Part shown: positions 27,144-36,198 of the stretch, one piece after another
Numbering within the stretch: the stretch's first letter is position 1
How the letters are laid out: each line of letters begins with the position of its first letter
DNA from: a virus
DNA length: 64,000 nt
Strand: one strand, 5' to 3'
IMG/VR virus record: IMGVR_UViG_3300005436_000501
Coordinates: 63,095-127,094 of that record
The notes under the pieces: model-generated
The model's database searches: none
What the model saw: only the letters and a program-made list of their open reading frames with translations
Told to the model about the DNA's origin: nothing
Program-made: the position numbers and the translations under genes

Positions 27144-27652
27144 CGTGTCACGACCTCGATCGGGATCAGCGGGCGCGAACCCTCGGGACGGTCTGCGGGT
27201 GGCAGGTCCCCGAGGTACGAGCACTGCGGGTCGAGGTTCGCGGCCCGCTCGGCGCTGGGCGCCTGTCCGTACCAGGGGAAGTTCGCGCAGATCGGGGGCT
27301 TGGAGTCTTGGGCGGCGCACAGCCGGGTATGGCGGTCGAACAGGTCGCAGTCGTAGTCGTTCGCGTCCCCGCCGCGGCGGCGCCAGTGCTTCGCGGCGAA
27401 GTCGGCGTTGCGGCGGGTGGAACCGTCCGGGGCGAACATGCCCACGGCGCGGGCACGTGACTCGGCGCTGTCGTCGTTCCAGCCGTTGGCGCGCCAGTAC
27501 GCCCAGCCCTCGTCGGTAGAGGGGTCCGGGACACCCGCAAGGCGCTGCGTGGTCCACATTGCGAGGGTGTCGGCCGCCCACTGCGAGAGCGTCACCGGAT
27601 CGCAGCAGCAGCCGCACCTGGCGCAGCCGAGCGTCGAAGCGAAGTCGGTCAT
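27140..27652 (-). CDS. YkgJ-like cysteine-cluster (CxxCxxCC) Fe-S/Zn protein
   Basis: CARCGCCC...CDLFD....LC......PPICANFP. Confidence 0.8.
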   Translation of the reverse strand: MTDFASTLGCARCGCCCDPVTLSQWAADTLAMWTTQRLAGVPDPSTDEGWAYWRANGWNDDSAESRARAVGMFAPDGSTRRNADFAAKHWRRRGGDANDYDCDLFDRHTRLCAAQDSKPPICANFPWYGQAPSAERAANLDPQCSYLGDLPPADRPEGSRPLIPIEVVTR

Positions 27653-27891
27653 GTAGTGATAATGCCGAGCTGGATCCTCGGCGGGAACGCCGCGTAGATC
27701 ATCGAACACATTCCGCAGTACCCGGGTACGGGCTGCTTGCGCACACAGCCGGGACAGAAGTACTCGGGGACGTCGAACTCGAACGTGTAACCTGCGAGCG
27801 CCGCCGCGAGGGACTGCGTCTCGGGCCACGCGAGCCGCTCCGGATCAACCGCGCAACCGGCCTGTGGCGTGTCGAACTCGGGGTCGCCCAT
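27649..27891 (-). CDS. Small zinc-finger protein
   Basis: CPGC...CGMC; overlaps neighbours. Confidence 0.45.
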   Translation of the reverse strand: MGDPEFDTPQAGCAVDPERLAWPETQSLAAALAGYTFEFDVPEYFCPGCVRKQPVPGYCGMCSMIYAAFPPRIQLGIITT

Positions 27892-28115
27892 CAGGCGATC
27901 GGGACTCCGTTGAGCAGCCCGCTGGCGCACACGGCCTCGTGGGCGTCGCGGGTGCGCAGGTCCCGGGCCAGGGCGTGGGAGTCGTTCGAGGTCCAGTGCG
28001 CGCCACAGAACTGGTGACCGCCAGCGCGGCACAGCAGCACCCGGAACAGTCCGTTCGTCGCACCGAAACTGCCGCCGAGCCGTCGCGGCCACAACACCCC
28101 GGACCACCACCTCAC
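27891..28115 (-). CDS. Small hypothetical protein
   Basis: GTGA overlap with terminase stop; C..C...H...C. Confidence 0.4.
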   Translation of the reverse strand: MRWWSGVLWPRRLGGSFGATNGLFRVLLCRAGGHQFCGAHWTSNDSHALARDLRTRDAHEAVCASGLLNGVPIA

Positions 28116-29608
28116 GCCGCTGCGGTGAGCCCGCGCAGCCACTCCATCGCCTGGTCCGCTGACCCGTGACCCCCGAGGAGCCGGGACACCGCCTGCGACA
28201 TCGTATCGACCTGATCGTCGTGTACCGCATTCGGGAAACCCGCGTGCTCCTCGATGAACGCCGCCACCCACGGCGCCGACGACGGGTCCGGCAGATGCAC
28301 GTTGTGCGCCTCGACGAACGGCGCGACGGCCGAGGCGCGCGCGTACTTGGAGTCCTTCGGCGTCACCGCGATCAGGCCGGGAACCCGCGAACGCAGTTGT
28401 GCGATCACGGCCGGTCCGTTCGCTTTGTCCTCGACGAGTTTCCCGTTGGCCTGTGGCCACTTCGCCGTCAGCGCCTCGAACGCCTTGCACGTAGCGGGGA
28501 AGTCGAGGCGGTCGCGCACCTGGTCCAGCAGGTACACGTCTGCGCCGCGCCGCCCCCACACCTGCCCGACGACATAATCCGAAACCTTTGTGTCCTTGAA
28601 CGCCATATCCCAGGACTGGACGAGTTCGTCCATGCTGTCCGCGCGCCATGCGCCGTCGCTGCCGCAGCGGGCCAGCGCAGGACTGTAGTACTGCCAGTCG
28701 CCCCGTTTGAACAGCGTGCCCTCGGCCGGCGCGGGCCGTCCCTGGTAGAGGGCGTTCCAGACGCGCGCGCCGACCGCCGTCTTGATCTGCTCCCACTGCT
28801 CGCGGGTTCGCTTGCGTGCCGAAGGAAGGAACTCGCCGACCGGTCGTCCGAGCGGATCGTGCTGCCCCTTGTTCGGGTCGTGGTCCGCTTGAGCCGGGAT
28901 GTTGATGACTCGCCAGCGGTGGCCGTCCGCGGCGGCGAGCATGCGCCCGGCCAGGTCGTCCTCGTGCCAGCGGGTAAGGATCAGGATGACCGGCGCCCCG
29001 GGCGCGAGGCGCGTGTTCCCGACCGCGAGCCAGAACTTCCAGACCCGCTCGCGCCAGGTCGCCGACTGGGCCTGCGCCTCGTCCTTGATCGGGTCGTCGA
29101 TATAGAGGATGTCGGCGGGGCGCCCGGTCAACCCCGCGGTGATGCCGACGCTGCGCACACCGCCGCGGCGCCCGGCGATACGCCACCTGCGGGCCGCGCC
29201 GTTGTCCGGGGCGATACGCAGACCGAGGTCGAGTTCGTCGTCTTCGCCGCTATTGGAGGTGATGTGGTTGCGGATGTTGCGGCCGAACTCGTCCGCGAGG
29301 TCCTGTCCATAGGAGACGATCGCGATGCGCAGGTCCGGGTTGCGGGTGAGCATCCACAGCGGGCCCACCGTGGTGACGCGGGTCGATTTGCCTTCCTGCG
29401 GCGGCATGCTGATGATCAGTCGGTCGCAGCGACCTTCCGCCACGTCCACCAGTGCGGCGTCGATCAGGTCGAGTGCCCGGGTCTGGACCGTGCTCGGGTC
29501 GATCGCACGGGCGAGGATCCCCGGGGTGACCCACGGCTGAACCTCGCTGCGGTCGCACTCTTCGTCGATGTGCTCCGCTGTGCGCTCAAGCAGGTCCATC
29601 CCGGCCAC
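28112..29608 (-). CDS. terL: Terminase large subunit
   Basis: MPPQEGKST Walker A; LYIDDPIKD; TRWHEDDLAG; SWDMA; VEDKANG; FPNAVHDDQVD. Confidence 0.95.
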   Translation of the reverse strand: MAGMDLLERTAEHIDEECDRSEVQPWVTPGILARAIDPSTVQTRALDLIDAALVDVAEGRCDRLIISMPPQEGKSTRVTTVGPLWMLTRNPDLRIAIVSYGQDLADEFGRNIRNHITSNSGEDDELDLGLRIAPDNGAARRWRIAGRRGGVRSVGITAGLTGRPADILYIDDPIKDEAQAQSATWRERVWKFWLAVGNTRLAPGAPVILILTRWHEDDLAGRMLAAADGHRWRVINIPAQADHDPNKGQHDPLGRPVGEFLPSARKRTREQWEQIKTAVGARVWNALYQGRPAPAEGTLFKRGDWQYYSPALARCGSDGAWRADSMDELVQSWDMAFKDTKVSDYVVGQVWGRRGADVYLLDQVRDRLDFPATCKAFEALTAKWPQANGKLVEDKANGPAVIAQLRSRVPGLIAVTPKDSKYARASAVAPFVEAHNVHLPDPSSAPWVAAFIEEHAGFPNAVHDDQVDTMSQAVSRLLGGHGSADQAMEWLRGLTAAA

Positions 29609-29619
29609 CTGCTTAGGGG

Positions 29620-30225
29620 CTAGGCGACCGAGCGAAGTCGTCGCGCGACCGCGCGCTTCGCGGCGACGGCGTCCTCACCGTCCAGCCCGACATCCCGGAT
29701 CGCTTCAGCGACAGCCTTGGAGATCAGCTCGACCTTGTCCTGCTCGATGCGTGTCAGCCGTTCGTCGATCCGCAGCCGCGCGTACGACGACAGGACGGTG
29801 TTCGCCCGGTCCATCGCCCGCTCGTAGAGTTGCACGACGGCCTGGATCTGGACGCCTGCGTACTCGGATTCGTAGCCGACGACCTGCAGGTCGTCGAGCA
29901 ACTTGTCCATCAGGTCCAGCCACGCCATGACGCGCCCGGCGAACGCGGCGTAGGCGGCCAGCGGATTCTCTACCGGGGCGGACTCGGGAGCGACCTTGCC
30001 GAAGAGTTCGCGCGCTTCACGATCAACCAATTCGACCAACTCGGCGTGCCCGGCTTTCGCCCCGGCCGGCGCGCAGCCGCCGTGAAGCTTGCATCGGCCG
30101 GCGCCCGCGTGGTCGGTGCCCCAGCCGGCGGGTCGCGTGCACAGTCCTTCGCCCTGCTTCTTCTTGCCGCCGCAGTGCCGACTGTCATGGATGGGGGGGC
30201 GGTTGCCGCCTGTCATGGATGGCAC
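29620..30225 (-). CDS. terS: Terminase small subunit
   Basis: CGGKKKQG...C...GRCKLHGG motif; directly upstream of terL. Confidence 0.75.
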   Translation of the reverse strand: MPSMTGGNRPPIHDSRHCGGKKKQGEGLCTRPAGWGTDHAGAGRCKLHGGCAPAGAKAGHAELVELVDREARELFGKVAPESAPVENPLAAYAAFAGRVMAWLDLMDKLLDDLQVVGYESEYAGVQIQAVVQLYERAMDRANTVLSSYARLRIDERLTRIEQDKVELISKAVAEAIRDVGLDGEDAVAAKRAVARRLRSVA

Positions 30226-30274
30226 CGAAGTTCGACGGCCTTGTGGTCGTGGCCGTCATCGGGCGGTGGGGACA

Positions 30275-30694
30275 TCAGGGACTCGCCGGCGCGCGGTTGT
30301 CGCTCGTGCAGACGCAGGCGCTGTAGCCGCCGCAGTCCGCTTGGTGGAGGTGATCGCAGGTGTCGGGCTTCGGCTGCGCGGCGATGCGCGCCGGATGCTC
30401 GACCGGGCGCTGCGTCCCGTCGGGTTTCACGCACGGATCGCCCACGGCGGCGGCGCAGTCGGGGCACGGCACCGGCTGCGGTTCGGTGTGGGTGCATGTC
30501 GACACCAAGGCGTGGTCGCCGCACCCGTGGACGGTGACGCGCACCACGCCGCTTCGGTCCTGTACGTAGCTGGGGTTCCCGGACGCGATGATCGACGCTT
30601 CGAGCGCGGACCAGTGCGCCGCGGCCTCGACGTCGGTCGCGTAGCGCTCCCAGTGCATTTCCGCCGGGGCGCCGCAAATGTGGCAGTCGGGCAC
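30275..30694 (-). CDS. Cys/His-rich zinc-finger protein
   Basis: CHIC, CPDC....G.PC...HPAR, further C/H pairs. Confidence 0.6.
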   Translation of the reverse strand: MPDCHICGAPAEMHWERYATDVEAAAHWSALEASIIASGNPSYVQDRSGVVRVTVHGCGDHALVSTCTHTEPQPVPCPDCAAAVGDPCVKPDGTQRPVEHPARIAAQPKPDTCDHLHQADCGGYSACVCTSDNRAPASP

Positions 30695-30705
30695 GGCACG
30701 CCCCC

Positions 30706-31569
30706 TTACGCGGTGCGGGTGAGCACGATGCGCTCGACCTGTCCGATGAAACCGGTCGCGGACGCGTTCTGCGTGAGCATCGCGAGGGTGACGGTGTGCT
30801 GACCGGCGCCTATCGTGAGCCCGGTCAGGGCGCTGCGGGTGGGGGTGAGGCTTGCCGCGTATCCGTCGATCGTGCCGGCCGTGACGCCGTCGATCTTCAC
30901 GGTGTAGATGCCGCGCGACTGGAACCGCGGGTGGAAAAGCTCGAACGTGTAGGTGCCCACGTCACAGGCGAAATCGAGACTGATCGTGTCGCCCTGGGTG
31001 CCATCACTTTGGTTGACCCACCCGTAGAACGCGGGATCCGCGATGTACGTGGGCGTCCACGCCCCGACGGGCGCGACCACGGTCGACGGCTGGCCGTTGG
31101 CCTGGATGGCGACCTGCCGGGAGAACGTGCTGGCGCCGGCTGCGGCGAAGGTGACGTCGACTCGGTTGCTCGCGGGATTGTCGGCGGCGGTGACGGTCGC
31201 GTTGGCGCCCGCGATCAGGTTTACCTCGGACCGGACGCCCTTGACGGTGCCGCCGACCGCGACCTGCACTGGGGCGGACGGGGTCGGCGGGACACCCGCG
31301 AGAACCTGGCTGAGGTTGTACGGGCCGCCGCTGGCCGGGACGATGATGCTCGCGATCGTCTGGCCTGCGGTGACCTGGTAGAACGTGCCCGCCGTGTTCG
31401 GGGTCAGATCCAGGGACCAGTTGCCGCCGTTGTCGCTGCGGATCGTCGTCGGCGTGCCGGTCGCGGCGCCGGGGTTGAGCGGGCTGCCGCTCATCGGCGT
31501 GATGCCGACGCTGGTGTATTTGAGGGGCGCGCCGCCCGAGTCGGTGGCTGTGCCCTGGATGACGGTCAT
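30706..31569 (-). CDS. Probable virion protein with C-terminal carbohydrate-binding-like domain
   Basis: Thr/Gly/Ala-rich; IQGTATDSGGAPL; GTYTFEL...IDG...AGQHTVTL. Confidence 0.55.
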   Translation of the reverse strand: MTVIQGTATDSGGAPLKYTSVGITPMSGSPLNPGAATGTPTTIRSDNGGNWSLDLTPNTAGTFYQVTAGQTIASIIVPASGGPYNLSQVLAGVPPTPSAPVQVAVGGTVKGVRSEVNLIAGANATVTAADNPASNRVDVTFAAAGASTFSRQVAIQANGQPSTVVAPVGAWTPTYIADPAFYGWVNQSDGTQGDTISLDFACDVGTYTFELFHPRFQSRGIYTVKIDGVTAGTIDGYAASLTPTRSALTGLTIGAGQHTVTLAMLTQNASATGFIGQVERIVLTRTA

Positions 31570-31627
31570 CGCGCGGACCTCCTGTCTGTCGCGTGCAGGG
31601 GCCAGCGCGGGCGGCGCGCGGGTTCGC

Positions 31628-32140
31628 CTACCGGTCTTGCGCCAGGGCGAGCCGCGCGAGGTCCGCGGGGACGACGTAGCCGGACCAGCGGTGGTCGTCG
31701 AAGATCTGCCAGCCGCCGAGCTGCGCGGCCTTGTCGGCGAGGCGGCTGCAGATCGCGTGGCCGGTGGCGTCGATGTAGTCGCGCAGCCCGGGGATCGGCA
31801 GGTGGAAGCGGTGCGCGGCGAGGGCGAAATATTCGAGCGCCGAGTAGGGGGTGTCTTTGAGGTGCCGGGCTGCGGCGGTGACGCTGTCGCGGTGTTGCGC
31901 GGGGCAGCGCAGCCACAGGACGGGGCGGTCGTCGTATTCGGTGAGGCTGGCGATGCGGGCTCCGCCGGGTTCGGCTTCGAGGAGTTCGCCGTCGCCGAGG
32001 TAGACGAAGCAGTGTTCCCAGGGCTGGAATCCGTCGCCGAGCAGGTACTGGCCCAGGGAGATGAGGCGGCCGGCGTCGCCGTGGATGGTAGTGATGCCGA
32101 TGTCGCCCGGTTCGGGGGCGGCGGCGCCGGTCGCGGTCAC
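31628..32140 (-). CDS. Permuted papain-like (YiiX/NlpC-P60) amidase
   Basis: PGDI...WEHCFVY...EA....GARI...PYS...ICSRLA (His before Cys). Confidence 0.75.
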   Translation of the reverse strand: MTATGAAAPEPGDIGITTIHGDAGRLISLGQYLLGDGFQPWEHCFVYLGDGELLEAEPGGARIASLTEYDDRPVLWLRCPAQHRDSVTAAARHLKDTPYSALEYFALAAHRFHLPIPGLRDYIDATGHAICSRLADKAAQLGGWQIFDDHRWSGYVVPADLARLALAQDR

Positions 32141-32313
32141 TGCGGGGGTCGGCGGGTCCACGTGGTCGTTCCGATGCCGCACAGGTGCAGCGCGACGCAG
32201 ACGAGGCCTGCGAGGATGAGGCTGGTCGGGGAGAACCAGGCGTTGGTGTGGTCGCCGGATCCTGAGAGGACGAAACCGATCCCGAAGAGGATCGCGGCGA
32301 TGATGGCGAGCAT
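32137..32313 (-). CDS. Small two-TM membrane protein
   Basis: MLAIIAAILFGIGFVL...LILAGLVCVALHL. Confidence 0.55.
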   Translation of the reverse strand: MLAIIAAILFGIGFVLSGSGDHTNAWFSPTSLILAGLVCVALHLCGIGTTTWTRRPPQ

Positions 32314-32315
32314 GC

Positions 32316-32864
32316 TCAGCCGGCGGGCGCGGGGGCGGGCTGGTCGGTGACCGGTCCGGCGGTCAGGCCCAGCGAGGTGGCCGGGCCGCTGACGACGTCG
32401 AACACGAACGGCGCCGAGTTGCCGGACGCGTCGGTCGCGGTGAGGGTGACGCCGGTCGCGGGGATAGCGCCGAGCAGGGTGACCGAGAGGGTGTCGGCGG
32501 ACACCTCGAGCGGCTTGACGGCGGTGGTGTTGTCGACGGTCCACTCGACGGTGTCGCTGGTGGGCTGACCGGCGGCGTCCTTGGGGGTGGCGGTGATGAC
32601 GACCTGCTGGCTGTCGCCGAGTTCGAGCGCCATGTCTTCTCCTGTGGTGGTGGGGGCGACCGCGCCGGTGCGCTGGTCGGTGATGGGTCCTGCGGTCAGG
32701 TCGAGTGAGAGCGGCGCGATGAGCCAGGCGTAGATCTCTTCGGCGGCGTCGAGGATCTCCTCGGTGCGCTGGTCGAGGCCTGCGCGGCGGGGGCCCATTT
32801 CGTTTGCGTCGATGCGGGCGGCGAGGTCTGCGGCGGCTTCACGCAGGCGCATCCGGTCGCTCAT
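32316..32864 (-). CDS. Protein with C-terminal Ig-like domain
   Basis: ITATPKDAAGQP...VEWTVDN. Confidence 0.55.
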   Translation of the reverse strand: MSDRMRLREAAADLAARIDANEMGPRRAGLDQRTEEILDAAEEIYAWLIAPLSLDLTAGPITDQRTGAVAPTTTGEDMALELGDSQQVVITATPKDAAGQPTSDTVEWTVDNTTAVKPLEVSADTLSVTLLGAIPATGVTLTATDASGNSAPFVFDVVSGPATSLGLTAGPVTDQPAPAPAG

Positions 32865-32902
32865 GTCGCCTCCGGTTCGTTGTGGTCCAGTGCCGAGCGT
32901 GG

Positions 32903-33184
32903 TCAGTTCGCTCCGGCGCAGAGGCGTTCGTCGGGTTCGAGCGGCCGGGCCGGCAGCACGAACGTGCAGGCGCCGAGTTGCGCGATGCGTTCACCGGCGG
33001 GCCACCAGGGCGGGCCGTCGTTCTCTTGGCCTTCGGGTACGGCGACGCGGCCCTCGTACCAGGGCGTGTTGTCTTGCAGGGTGTGGCCGCAGGCGGCGCA
33101 GGTTTGGACGGGTCCGACGGGTGGGGCGGCGGTGTGCACGGTCCACGGCTCGTCGTCGGGGTCCTGGATCGCGGCGCGCGTCAC
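32903..33184 (-). CDS. Hypothetical protein
   Basis: GTGA overlap; QTCAACG. Confidence 0.45.
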   Translation of the reverse strand: MTRAAIQDPDDEPWTVHTAAPPVGPVQTCAACGHTLQDNTPWYEGRVAVPEGQENDGPPWWPAGERIAQLGACTFVLPARPLEPDERLCAGAN

Positions 33185-33618
33185 GTCTCCGCGATCCGCA
33201 TCTCGGCGACCGCGTACCGGAACAGCGCGGTGCGGAAGCTCTGGCCGTCTTGCGTGGGGACGGCTTTGCCGCGTCCGATCGGCTTGCCGTCGGCGTCGAC
33301 CAGTCGCTCCAGGGTTGCGGTCGTGACTCCGCGCGGGTCGACGTTGACGCGCAGGTTGAGCACGTCGGCGGTCCACTGCTCGCCGGTGTCGGCGTCCGCG
33401 ACCACGACACCGAAGCCGGGAACGGCCAGTCCCGCCGGGCGGGGCCAGGTGATGACGACGCGTCCGGCGAGTTCGTCGGCGCGCGGGACCTCGCGTTGGC
33501 CGGGGCAGTCCCGGTCGACGATGACGGGGGTGACGCTCACGCTGATCGGGTCGAGCGGGCGGCAGACGCAGTCCGGGCCGTGCTGGGTGCCGACGACGGC
33601 TTGGACTTCGCGCGCCAT
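33181..33618 (-). CDS. Hypothetical protein
   Basis: MAREVQAVV; overlaps neighbours. Confidence 0.5.
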   Translation of the reverse strand: MAREVQAVVGTQHGPDCVCRPLDPISVSVTPVIVDRDCPGQREVPRADELAGRVVITWPRPAGLAVPGFGVVVADADTGEQWTADVLNLRVNVDPRGVTTATLERLVDADGKPIGRGKAVPTQDGQSFRTALFRYAVAEMRIAET

Positions 33619-34013
33619 CAGGCGGTGGCGGGTGTCGCGGCGAGGAACGCAGCCCACGCCTCGGGTGCGGCATGCCAGCGGCAACGGTCGGACCCGGGGA
33701 TCGCGTGGCCGGTGCAGCCGGGTCCGTCGTTGGCCGGTTCGTCGCAGGGCCGGTGCGGTGCGGCGTCAAGCAGTCGCAGCGACTTCTTGGCGTTGACGCA
33801 CCCCTGCCCGGAGGTGGGGATCGTGCCGGGCTTGCGGGGTCGCGCGGCCTTGGTGTCGGCGCGGCGTCGGCGGGTGCGGCGGGACTCTTCGCGCAGGGTG
33901 CGGGCGAACATCCCGGGCATGGCGCTGCGGGCCGGTTCGGGCTGCTCGACGACGGCGTGCGGCTGGATCATCGCCATCTTCGCGCGCAGCAGGAGCGTGT
34001 TCGGGCTCGCCAT
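33618..34013 (-). CDS. Hypothetical protein with C-terminal Cys/His motif
   Basis: C......GC...A..GSDRCRWH. Confidence 0.45.
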   Translation of the reverse strand: MASPNTLLLRAKMAMIQPHAVVEQPEPARSAMPGMFARTLREESRRTRRRRADTKAARPRKPGTIPTSGQGCVNAKKSLRLLDAAPHRPCDEPANDGPGCTGHAIPGSDRCRWHAAPEAWAAFLAATPATA

Positions 34014-34327
34014 CAGGCGTTCGCCTCCGGCTTCTCGTTGCGGGCGATCGCGGCGTTGGCCCACATGACGACCTGTTCGAGGTTCGTCAGGGCGAGCGAG
34101 CGTTCCCGTGACGGCGGGCACAGTCGATCGAGCAGGCAGGCGAGGTCGAGCCCGGCGGCGCGGATCTGCTCGTAGCGCTGGGGCTGGTCGCCGGTCGGCG
34201 GATGATAGGTGAACCGGTTCGCCAGGTCGTCGCCGGTCGGCAACGGCACTGCCGCGACCGGATCTGCAGATCCGGAGTCCTTGAGTTCGTTGGGTGACAC
34301 GGCGCCGGATGGGCTGGTCCCGCTCAA
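34013..34327 (-). CDS. Acb2/Tad1-like hairpin protein (candidate anti-defence nucleotide sponge)
   Basis: RFTYHPP...RYEQIR.....LA......CP.SRERSLALTNLEQVVMWANAAIARN. Confidence 0.65.
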   Translation of the reverse strand: MSGTSPSGAVSPNELKDSGSADPVAAVPLPTGDDLANRFTYHPPTGDQPQRYEQIRAAGLDLACLLDRLCPPSRERSLALTNLEQVVMWANAAIARNEKPEANA

Positions 34328-34328
34328 C

Positions 34329-34631
34329 TCAGGCGCCCTTGCCGGTCTCGGCGACGGCGGTCTCGACGTCGCTCACGGCTTCTGCGCCGAGCTTCGCGGC
34401 GTCCGCGCCGGCTTCGTGCTCGGCCGGGACGACACCCTGCGTCTCAGCAGTCGCTACGAGCTGGGCCGCATCGGCCTCGGCTTCGTGCTCAAGCACGGGC
34501 GCGTCGCCGCGCAGCTCCTCGTACACGTTCTTCGCTTGTCCGGCGAGGTGGTGGCCTTCGGCGTCGAGTGCCGCCCACAGGGCGCGGGCCTTGTCGAGGG
34601 CTGCCTCGTATGCGGCCTTCATCGCGGCCAT
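34329..34631 (-). CDS. Acidic Ala/Glu-rich hypothetical protein
   Basis: RBS GGAG; in operon. Confidence 0.55.
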   Translation of the reverse strand: MAAMKAAYEAALDKARALWAALDAEGHHLAGQAKNVYEELRGDAPVLEHEAEADAAQLVATAETQGVVPAEHEAGADAAKLGAEAVSDVETAVAETGKGA

Positions 34632-34831
34632 CAGGTCTCCAGGGGTCTTGGTTTCGTGTCGCCGACCCGGCGGACGAGGACTTCGAGGTCGCGTCCGTCC
34701 CAGTCGCCGGCGAGCAGGAGGGTGGCGCCGTTGTCGACGACCCGGTGGATGCGTACCTGGATCTCGTCGAGGTGCGGGTCGTTGGATCTAACGGCGAGCA
34801 GGTCGCCCGCTCGTGGCGGTCGGTAGGCCAT
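34631..34831 (-). CDS. Small hypothetical protein
   Basis: MAYRPPRAGDLL; RBS GGAG. Confidence 0.45.
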   Translation of the reverse strand: MAYRPPRAGDLLAVRSNDPHLDEIQVRIHRVVDNGATLLLAGDWDGRDLEVLVRRVGDTKPRPLET

Positions 34832-35015
34832 GGGGTCTCCGGCCGGGCGGGTTACCGGGCGAGCGTGTGCAGGATGTGCAGCAGGAGCGTCGAGAAGATC
34901 GAGAGTGCGTATTCGAGCGCTCCCAGCAGGATCAGGTTCAGGATGGCGAGGACCACCAGGGCGGCCAGCAGGAGGCGTTGCACGGTGGCGGCCGATCGTG
35001 CGCGGGCGGATCGGG

Positions 35016-35384
35016 TCAGGCCGGGCTGAGGATTCCGTCGCGCAGCCACCAGTGCCCGTCGCATTTGCCGCGGCGCCACGTCGGGCAGCCCAGTGACGGG
35101 GTGAGCGTCGGGCGTTCACGCGGGCCGGTCATGACCCAGCGCGGCGCATCCCACCCGGAGACCGGTTCGGTTCCGAGGGTGCCGCCCGCGCAGCCACCGC
35201 AGCCGGGGCAGATCCAGTCGAACTGGCCGCCCTGGATGTGAAGCAGTGTTTCGCCGGTGGCTGCGATGTGCCGAACGCGGGCGTCGTGGGGGTTTTCGCC
35301 CTCGGTGTGCTCGATCTGTTGGAGCCAGGCGATGCGGTCGACGTCCTCGGTGGTGACGTGCACCCGGTAGGAGCGCACGCTCAT
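35016..35384 (-). CDS. DUF6527-like Cys/His protein
   Basis: CPGCG...W...G..E.PTLTPS...C.GHWWLRDG. Confidence 0.6.
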   Translation of the reverse strand: MSVRSYRVHVTTEDVDRIAWLQQIEHTEGENPHDARVRHIAATGETLLHIQGGQFDWICPGCGGCAGGTLGTEPVSGWDAPRWVMTGPRERPTLTPSLGCPTWRRGKCDGHWWLRDGILSPA

Positions 35385-35707
35385 GACCCAAGCCGGGTGC
35401 CGTCGCCGTCCCACACGAACTCGGACACAGGGCGGTGCATGCGACAGGCGACGCAGTACGTTGCCCCATAGAAGCCGGGCTGCCGGGCGTACGTCTCGGC
35501 TAGCGCCTGCGACATGGTGGTGAGCGCGCCGCACGGCGGGGTCGCGCCGGTGTGCAGGTAGGAGCGGCGCACGGGGCGCACGAACCCCTTGGCGCGTTCG
35601 GCTTCGGACAGCACCAGGTACGCCTCGGCCTGCGGGGTGGGTTCGTCGTCGGCGCCGTGAGTGAGGCGCGGGTCGTCGGGGTCGGTCACCAGGTCGGCCA
35701 CGGTCAC
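35381..35707 (-). CDS. Hypothetical phage protein with Cys/His motif
   Basis: YLVLSEAERAKGFVRPVR.SY.H...CG..T.M...AETYAR.P.FYGATYC..C..H. Confidence 0.6.
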   Translation of the reverse strand: MTVADLVTDPDDPRLTHGADDEPTPQAEAYLVLSEAERAKGFVRPVRRSYLHTGATPPCGALTTMSQALAETYARQPGFYGATYCVACRMHRPVSEFVWDGDGTRLGS

Positions 35708-35857
35708 TCCCTCACGGCAGCCAGGTACGAGGGTTTCCCGCGCGAGCTTTTGGAGGCGCGCGGGAAGTTGGGGTCCGGCCGCCGGTCCGCGGGGTCCCCG
35801 CCTCGACCCGGAGAAGCACGGACCGGCGGCCGGAGAACTTCGGTTACTCGTCGCCGG

Positions 35858-36064
35858 TCAGCGCTGTGGCCGCCACACTTCAGCCAGCAGGACCAGGATG
35901 CTGAACGCGCGCTTGGTCTCCACGTTGCCGTCGAAGAACCGGCCGTGGGCCAACGTGATCGCGTCGGGGTCGGCGCCTGCGCGGCGTGCGAGGGTGGACA
36001 GGTCGGCGAACGCGTCGATCATGCTGCGGCGGCCGTTGTTGAACCGGTCGCGGATCTCGTCCAT
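35858..36064 (-). CDS. Small hypothetical protein
   Basis: 68 aa ORF with typical codon usage. Confidence 0.4.
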   Translation of the reverse strand: MDEIRDRFNNGRRSMIDAFADLSTLARRAGADPDAITLAHGRFFDGNVETKRAFSILVLLAEVWRPQR

Positions 36065-36135
36065 ACCCTCTATGGACGTCGCACCGCGCGGGACTGTCCG
36101 GTGCGGACTTGTTGACAGTCGGCGCCGTTACGGAA

Positions 36136-36170
36136 AAGCCGAAAGCCCCGCACGGTGGCGGGGCTTCGGT
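36136..36170 (-). terminator. Intrinsic terminator
   Basis: GAAGCCCCGC-CACCGT-GCGGGGCTTTC followed by GGCTTTT on minus strand. Confidence 0.6.
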
Positions 36171-36198
36171 GGGCGCGTCGCGAGATCCGGCCGGAATC

